A DNA stretch of 32,000 nucleotides from Prochlorococcus sp. MIT 0801 (GTDB taxonomy: Bacteria; Cyanobacteriota; Cyanobacteriia; PCC-6307; Cyanobiaceae), in assembly GCF_000757865.1 (NCBI RefSeq), contig NZ_CP007754.1, positions 720,001 through 752,000 of the forward strand, written 5' to 3'. Positions 26,438 to 32,000 of the stretch are shown one piece after another. Numbering within the stretch: position 1 is the stretch's first letter; each line of letters opens with the position of its first letter. The translations under genes were made by a program, and so were the position numbers. Below the pieces are notes generated by a model. The model was not told the DNA's origin. It searched no databases and saw nothing but the letters and a program-made list of their open reading frames with translations.

Positions 26438-27612
26438 TGGAATTTATAAATTTTTTAAAAAAAAGAAAAATACCTCTTGCTTGGCTTTTGCTGACAAGAC
26501 AACCTTTAAGAATATTGGTAGCTATTGCAGGAATAGCATTTGCTGGAATCTTGATGTTCATGCAATTAGGTTTCAGAGATGGTTTATTTGACGCAAGTGT
26601 TACTGTTCATAAGTTATTTGACGCAGATTTGGTATTAATTAGTCCTCGCTCAAAAAGTTCAATAAGTATGAGTGGGTTTCCTCGAAGAAGATTAGTTCAA
26701 GCAATGGCACATCAGGATGTGACTGGAACAACAGCGGTTAATTGGAATTTTCTGCTTTGGCGAAACCCTGAAAATTTATCAACAAGATCAATTCTTGCTT
26801 TAGGCTTTGAGCCAAGTAAGCCGTTGTTGATTGATTCTGATTTTGAGAGAAAGGCTAAAACTTTAAAAAATAAAGGAAGGGTTTTATTTGATGATCTTTC
26901 CAGAGATGAATTTGGACCTATATCGTCATGGTTTAAATCAGGACGTGTAGTTGAAACTGAAGTCGCAGGGAGAAGAGTTAGAGTTTCTGGCATAGTTAGT
27001 TTAGGTCCTTCCTTTGGTGCAGATGGGAATTTAATAACTAGCACTGAGACATACTTAGGATTATCTCCGGGGAATCCCAAAGGAAGTATTGAAATTGGTT
27101 TGGTAAGATTAGCGAAGGGATCTGATATTGAAAAAGTTGTTCGCTCTTTAAATATAAGTTTGCCTAGTGACGTTAAGGTTATGTCTTTGAAATCATTTAT
27201 AGATTTTGAGAAAAATTATTGGAAAAGTAGTACATCGATTGGATTTATTTTTACATTGGGAGCTGCAATGGGATTTATTGTTGGTTGTGTAATTGTTTAT
27301 CAAATTCTTTACAGTGATGTCAGTGATCATTTACCTGAATATGCAACCCTAATGGCTATGGGTTACAACTTAAGAAGCCTATTAGGAGTTGTAGCTAGAG
27401 AAGGATTCATTTTATCAATAATGGGTTATATACCTGCTTATCTTTCAGGACAAGCTTTGTATGCTTTGGTTAGATCATCAACTAAATTGCCTGTTGAAAT
27501 GAGTTTTAGTAGAGCATCAATTATATTTTGCTTGATACTTTTTATGTGTATGGGATCAGCATTAGCAGCTATGAAAAAATTGGCAGATGCTGATCCTGCT
27601 GAGATATTTTGA
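26437..27612 (+). CDS. devC: DevC-family ABC exporter permease (FtsX-like fold)
   Basis: N-terminal TM segment, a large periplasmic loop and three C-terminal TM segments. Its GTG start shares one nt with the devB stop (TAGTG). Confidence 0.8.
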   Translation: MEFINFLKKRKIPLAWLLLTRQPLRILVAIAGIAFAGILMFMQLGFRDGLFDASVTVHKLFDADLVLISPRSKSSISMSGFPRRRLVQAMAHQDVTGTTAVNWNFLLWRNPENLSTRSILALGFEPSKPLLIDSDFERKAKTLKNKGRVLFDDLSRDEFGPISSWFKSGRVVETEVAGRRVRVSGIVSLGPSFGADGNLITSTETYLGLSPGNPKGSIEIGLVRLAKGSDIEKVVRSLNISLPSDVKVMSLKSFIDFEKNYWKSSTSIGFIFTLGAAMGFIVGCVIVYQILYSDVSDHLPEYATLMAMGYNLRSLLGVVAREGFILSIMGYIPAYLSGQALYALVRSSTKLPVEMSFSRASIIFCLILFMCMGSALAAMKKLADADPAEIF

Positions 27613-27646
27613 TGAAAAAATCGACGGTTTTAAATTTAAATAATTT

Positions 27647-28339
27647 ATGACAAATATAAATAATAATACTTTAAATATTTCTTCTTTGAATCATTGGTAT
27701 GGTCATGGAGAAATGAGAAGGCATGTTCTCCAATCTGTCTCAATGGAAATTTCTCCTGGTGAGGTTGTATTGCTGACGGGACCTTCCGGATGTGGAAAAA
27801 CTACTCTTTTGACTTTGATTGGAGCTCTTCGTAAAGTTCAAGATGGTGAACTTAAAGTATTTGGTAAACAACTATTTGGAGCAAGTAGAAAAACTAGACA
27901 GAACCTTAGAAAAAATATTGGAATGATTTTTCAGGGTCATAATCTTTTGAGATGTCTCACCGCTGAACAAAATGTCCAAATGGGTGCTGACCTTTTAAAT
28001 GGATTTTCATACAAAGCTCGAAGGGCCCAGTCTAGAGAATGGCTTAGAGCTGTTGGATTAGAAGACCACTTATCTAAGCTGCCGCATGATTTATCAGGTG
28101 GGCAAAAACAACGAGTTGCTATTGCCAGAGCCCTTGCCGCTAGACCAAAATTACTATTAGCGGATGAACCAACATCTGCATTAGATAGTTCAACTGGTAG
28201 AGAAATTGTTGATTTGTTAAAAAAACTAGCTTTAGAACAATCCTGTTCAGTGTTGATGGTTACGCATGATCCAAGAATATTGGATGTGGCAGATCGTCTC
28301 TTGCAAATGGAAGATGGCCAAATATTGCCCTCTGTTTAG
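27647..28339 (+). CDS. devA: DevA-family ABC exporter ATP-binding protein
   Basis: Walker A GPSGCGKTT, signature LSGGQKQRV and Walker B LLLADEPT. DevA-typical blocks TLLTLIGALRKVQDGELKVFG and IFQGHNLL..LTAEQNVQM. Confidence 0.9.
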   Translation: MTNINNNTLNISSLNHWYGHGEMRRHVLQSVSMEISPGEVVLLTGPSGCGKTTLLTLIGALRKVQDGELKVFGKQLFGASRKTRQNLRKNIGMIFQGHNLLRCLTAEQNVQMGADLLNGFSYKARRAQSREWLRAVGLEDHLSKLPHDLSGGQKQRVAIARALAARPKLLLADEPTSALDSSTGREIVDLLKKLALEQSCSVLMVTHDPRILDVADRLLQMEDGQILPSV

Positions 28340-28375
28340 TAAATTAGTTAGATATAAAATTCAAAGGATCTTAGT

Positions 28376-28531
28376 ATGTCTAAAAGACGAAATCTTAAGA
28401 AAGAGAAGCAAGAGAGAAATAGAGCTTATGCTAGAAAATTTAAGAAACGTAAGCTTCGCAATGATGGTAGAGGAGAAGGCGCAGGTAATGGCGTTACCGG
28501 AACTGCAAATAATGGTGGAGCTGCTGATTAA
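28376..28531 (+). CDS. Candidate 51-aa Lys/Arg-rich micro-protein, below the track cut-off
   Basis: Hand translation: MSKRRNLKKEKQERNRAYARKFKKRKLRNDGRGEGAGNGVTGTANNGGAAD, then TAA. ATG start 37 nt after the devA stop. The two track ORFs covering this gap (28266-28580 +, 28361-28546 -) read like frame shadows. Confidence 0.4.
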   Translation: MSKRRNLKKEKQERNRAYARKFKKRKLRNDGRGEGAGNGVTGTANNGGAAD

Positions 28532-28622
28532 TAAATCGAAATGCAATTCGAAAAATATTTTTTTAAATCCTTTAATTTAAAGTGGTTGAAGAAAAAATTT
28601 TGATTTTATTTTTTTATTTAGG

Positions 28623-29555
28623 ATGTTAATTAGCGTTGTTATACCAACTTATAATAGACTTCCAATACTAAAAAAGTGTCTAGATGCATTAGAAAATCAA
28701 AGTTTGAATGTTGAAATTCATGATTTTGAAATTGTAATAGTCGATGACGGATCAACAGATGGGACAGTTGATTGGCTAAGAACTAATATTGAGACTTATC
28801 CTCATTTAAGACTTTTTGAACAATCTCATGGAGGGCCTGCTCTAGGAAGAAATCTTGGAGTGGAAAAGTCAAAAGGTGAATTAATTGTTTTTATAGATAG
28901 TGATCTAGTTGTTGATAGATATTTCCTAAGGAACCATCTAGATTCCTTGTTCGTAGCCTGGAAAAAACTTGGTAATAGAAAATGTTTTACATATGGATCT
29001 GTCATAAATACTTCTAATTTTAATAATCCAAATTCTGAACCTTTTAAACTTCAAGACTTGTCTTGGGCTTACTTCGCTACTGGAAATGTTGCTATTGATA
29101 AAAACGTTTTAGAAATCTCAGGCCTTTTTGACCCTTCTTTTCGACTATATGGTTGGGAAGATTTGGAATTAGGTGAAAGACTAAGAAATATGGGAGTTAA
29201 ACTTATCAAATGTCCAAGAGCTATTGGATATCATTGGCATCCTGCTTTAGCTCTTGATCAAATTCCTCAGTTGATTCAAATTGAAAAAGAGAGAGCAAAG
29301 ATGGGATTAGTTTTTTATCGTAAACATCCAAGTTTGAGAGTGAAATTTATTATTCAATACACTTTTTTTCATCGATGTCTTTGGGAATTTTTAACTCTTG
29401 GTGGATTTATTAATACGAAGACACTAAGACCTCTTTTGGCTTTTCTAATTAAGAATGGTCAATCTAGTTTGGCTATGGAATTGTTAAGACTTCCTCTTAA
29501 TTTGATTGGAGTGAGACAAATTTTTAGAGAAGCATCATTAATTGGACTCCGATGA
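28623..29555 (+). CDS. Family 2 glycosyltransferase
   Basis: VVIPTYNR, VDDGSTDGT and the DxD-type block FIDSDLV. 310 aa. Confidence 0.85.
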   Translation: MLISVVIPTYNRLPILKKCLDALENQSLNVEIHDFEIVIVDDGSTDGTVDWLRTNIETYPHLRLFEQSHGGPALGRNLGVEKSKGELIVFIDSDLVVDRYFLRNHLDSLFVAWKKLGNRKCFTYGSVINTSNFNNPNSEPFKLQDLSWAYFATGNVAIDKNVLEISGLFDPSFRLYGWEDLELGERLRNMGVKLIKCPRAIGYHWHPALALDQIPQLIQIEKERAKMGLVFYRKHPSLRVKFIIQYTFFHRCLWEFLTLGGFINTKTLRPLLAFLIKNGQSSLAMELLRLPLNLIGVRQIFREASLIGLR

Positions 29556-29694
29556 GCCATGGTTTGTTAGATTAGTACTGCAATCTAAAAACGCACACCT
29601 GACTGTTTCGGGTGATAAATAAATATTGATTTTTTAATCATTATTTAAGTTATCCCTGTTGGGTGGAGGCGAACCCGGAACCCACAAAAAAAAC

Positions 29695-30387
29695 ATGGCT
29701 GTAGTTTCTCTCTCAGAGATGATGGAAGCTGGTGCTCACTTCGGGCATCAGACAAGAAGATGGAATCCCAAGATGTCCCGTTACATCTTTTCAGCTCGTA
29801 ATGGGGTGCACATCATTGATCTAGTTAAAACTGCTGTTTGTATGAACAGCGCCTATAAGTGGACAAGAGGAGCTGCAAGAAGTGGAAAAAGATTCCTTTT
29901 TGTAGGTACTAAAAAACAAGCTTCCGAAGTAGTTGCTCAAGAGGCTATTAGGTGCGGAGCTTCTTACGTGAATCAAAGATGGCTAGGAGGTATGCTTACA
30001 AATTGGACAACAATGAAAGCAAGAATTGATAGGCTAAAAGATCTTGAACGTATGGAATCGAGTGGTGCTATTGCAATGCGCCCCAAAAAGGAAGGAGCGG
30101 TATTACGTAGAGAATTAGAAAGATTGCAAAAATACCTTGGTGGACTTAAAGGAATGAGACGTCTGCCTGATGTTGTGATTTTAGTTGATCAAAGGCGCGA
30201 AACAAACGCCGTTTTAGAGGCCAGGAAACTCGATATCCCATTGGTGTCAATGCTTGATACTAATTGTGATCCAGATCTTTGTGAGATTCCAATACCATGT
30301 AATGACGATGCAGTTCGATCTGTTCAACTCGTTTTGGGGAGATTAGCTGATGCTATCAATGAAGGGAGACATGGACCCAATGAGTAG
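29695..30387 (+). CDS. rpsB: 30S ribosomal protein S2
   Basis: [27 protein letters not shown]... I prefer the ATG at 29695 over the upstream in-frame TTG at 29659, which would add a non-conserved 12-aa extension. Confidence 0.95.
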   Translation: MAVVSLSEMMEAGAHFGHQTRRWNPKMSRYIFSARNGVHIIDLVKTAVCMNSAYKWTRGAARSGKRFLFVGTKKQASEVVAQEAIRCGASYVNQRWLGGMLTNWTTMKARIDRLKDLERMESSGAIAMRPKKEGAVLRRELERLQKYLGGLKGMRRLPDVVILVDQRRETNAVLEARKLDIPLVSMLDTNCDPDLCEIPIPCNDDAVRSVQLVLGRLADAINEGRHGPNE

Positions 30388-30444
30388 TTAGTATATTTTT
30401 TTAATAAATTCTTATTTACCTTTTTCTCACTACCCCAAAATAAA

Positions 30445-31101
30445 ATGGCGGAAATAACAGCTAAACTTGTTAAAGAACTGCGAGATAAGACATCCGCAGG
30501 AATGATGGACTGTAAAAAAGCCCTTATCGAAAATAAGGGAGATATGGATAAGTCTATTGAGTGGTTAAGACAAAAAGGCATTGCCAGCGCTGAAAAGAAA
30601 TCAAGTAGAGTTGCCGCTGAGGGTGCTGTAGGTAGTTATATTCATACAGGTTCTCGTGTAGGTGTTCTTCTGGAATTGAACTGCGAGACTGATTTTGTTG
30701 CTAGAGGTGATTTATTCCAAGGCCTTTTAAGAGACTTATCTATGCAAGTAGCCGCTTGTCCAAGTGTTGAATATGTAAGTGTCGATCAAATTCCAGAATC
30801 AATTGCCAACAAAGAGAAAGAAATAGAAATGGGAAGAGATGACCTCTCTGGTAAGCCTGATCAAATAAAAGCTAAAATCGTTGAAGGAAGAATAGGAAAG
30901 AGATTAAAAGAAATGGCTCTCTTAGAACAGCCTTTCATAAAAGATAGTTCAATAAATGTTGAAGAGTTGGTAAAACAAGTTGCTGGGAAAATTGGAGAAA
31001 ATATAAGAGTTCGTAGATTTACTAGATATATACTTGGAGAGGGGATTGAGGTTAAAGGACCTGACTTTGCAGAAGAGGTCGCTTCTATGACTTCAATTTG
31101 A
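30445..31101 (+). CDS. tsf: Translation elongation factor Ts
   Basis: [19 protein letters not shown] (UBA-like N-terminus) and the block [12 protein letters not shown]. 218 aa, directly downstream of rpsB as in most bacteria. Confidence 0.95.
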   Translation: MAEITAKLVKELRDKTSAGMMDCKKALIENKGDMDKSIEWLRQKGIASAEKKSSRVAAEGAVGSYIHTGSRVGVLLELNCETDFVARGDLFQGLLRDLSMQVAACPSVEYVSVDQIPESIANKEKEIEMGRDDLSGKPDQIKAKIVEGRIGKRLKEMALLEQPFIKDSSINVEELVKQVAGKIGENIRVRRFTRYILGEGIEVKGPDFAEEVASMTSI

Positions 31102-32000
31102 TCTTGTCAAAAAAAAAGCATTTATTTGATTCTAATTTTGATCCTTTAGATCAAATAAGTCTTCTTAAAGAAAAATGTAATAATATATCTCCTCATTTAT
31201 ATAGGGTAAATTCTCTTTATCTCGAGGAGATAAGAAACTCCCTTCCTCAAACTATAAAAACGTCATTATTTTCTCTAATTACTGATAAGATTGGAGACGA
31301 TTTTGGCTTGTCAACAGTTAGTTCAAGAAAAAGATTTCAGTTGGAAATTGATAAATTAGTATCAGATAATATCTCACTCATTACAATTGAACATTTAAAT
31401 GAATTGGCTAAGAAAATTGATGAAGAAAATATTCTTAAATTAAATAATGCTAAAGACGAGATTTCTAATTCATCAAATATGAAAAATGATTCTGAAAGAT
31501 CAGAATCATTTAAAGGTGCTAATTCAATAAATATAAGTTCTACTCCCCCATTGGAGCAATTATCAATTACTGAAGGATGGAATGGCGAATTAAAAGCTCC
31601 ATATACAATTGATGATAAAGAACCTTATATGCAAAGTAAAATATCAGAAAATGATGATCCTTTTAACAATATAAATAATGAAAATAATTCATTAAAAGAT
31701 GATGTTAAGAATTCTGATAGTTTTAAGTTGAGAAGTAAAGATATTGAAATTTTACAATCAATTTTTTCATTGACTGATGAATCTAATTTAAGCGACTTAG
31801 ATTCAAAAATAGCAGATTCATATAATGATACTAACTCTTGCGAAGATTCGGAAAATAATCGGCTATTACCGCAATCACCAATTGGATTATATGAGTGGAT
31901 GATTTCTATAGAGACAGCGTTGGCTAGAAGATTGCGTGACCTTTCTCATTCCATTAATACTGAGCTTTTAAAATCTGGCTTGGTAAATACACTTGTCCCC
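31098..32000 (+). CDS. Hypothetical protein, 5' portion (open to the right edge of the window)
   Basis: Hand translation shows 301 stop-free codons from 31098 to 32000 ([37 protein letters not shown]...). It is absent from the track because it has no stop in the window. The frame opens at 31065. Likely TTG start at 31098 or 31104, overlapping or abutting the tsf stop. The first in-frame ATG is far downstream. Confidence 0.6.
   Translation, partial: MILSKKKHLFDSNFDPLDQISLLKEKCNNISPHLYRVNSLYLEEIRNSLPQTIKTSLFSLITDKIGDDFGLSTVSSRKRFQLEIDKLVSDNISLITIEHLNELAKKIDEENILKLNNAKDEISNSSNMKNDSERSESFKGANSINISSTPPLEQLSITEGWNGELKAPYTIDDKEPYMQSKISENDDPFNNINNENNSLKDDVKNSDSFKLRSKDIEILQSIFSLTDESNLSDLDSKIADSYNDTNSCEDSENNRLLPQSPIGLYEWMISIETALARRLRDLSHSINTELLKSGLVNTLVP

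Noticed and set aside
13173-28580. Other nested or antisense track ORFs: 13173-13496, 16077-16430, 16540-16860, 19759-20283, 22495-22695, 23254-23442, 23400-23756, 25921-26154, 26712-27080, 28266-28580, 28361-28546 (and also 30324-30581)
   Set aside because: Each lies wholly or largely within, or antisense to, a gene with clear family motifs. Their translations lack motifs and look compositionally biased.
29659-29694. N-terminal extension of S2 from the TTG at 29659 ([12 protein letters not shown]...)
   Set aside because: The conserved S2 N-terminus begins at MAVVSL (ATG 29695). The extension is the translation of the GC-rich leader.
1-32000. Searched by eye for tRNA T-loop/acceptor patterns, rRNA, tmRNA, RNase P and SRP conserved boxes, CRISPR-like spaced repeats, and transposase, integrase or phage structural genes
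   Set aside because: I recognised none of these. GGTTCGA-type T-arm motifs are absent in tRNA context. There are no regularly spaced direct repeats and no recombinase-like ORFs. A covariance-model scan would still be needed to exclude small ncRNAs.

Overview
This is a strongly AT-rich, gene-dense chromosomal segment. Its gene content (psb28, a GUN4-domain protein, pcyA, glnA, a DevBCA-type exporter, rpsB-tsf) and its composition look like a high-light-adapted Prochlorococcus-type marine picocyanobacterium. That assignment is inference from motifs read in the supplied translations; no database search was run.

The window has two parts:
- About 8.8-32 kb is tightly packed housekeeping. Gaps are short, several start/stop codons overlap, and most ORFs have recognisable families.
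- 1 to about 8.8 kb is looser and islet-like. It holds short orphan ORFs, at least two paralogues of a ~70-aa charged protein, an RHH-like protein, a nucleoside-deoxyribosyltransferase-like gene next to an MTHFR-like gene, and two long ORF-free gaps (2357-2985 and 6641-7097).

I found no rRNA, tRNA, CRISPR array, transposase/integrase or long terminal repeats.

Nothing here is a demonstrable new system from sequence alone. The best leads are:
- the small paralogue family;
- the NDT/MTHFR-like pair;
- a 122-codon frame broken by one in-frame stop;
- the ORF-free gap at 6.6-7.1 kb;
- pcyA translationally coupled to a DevBCA exporter, followed by an unlisted Lys/Arg-rich micro-ORF.
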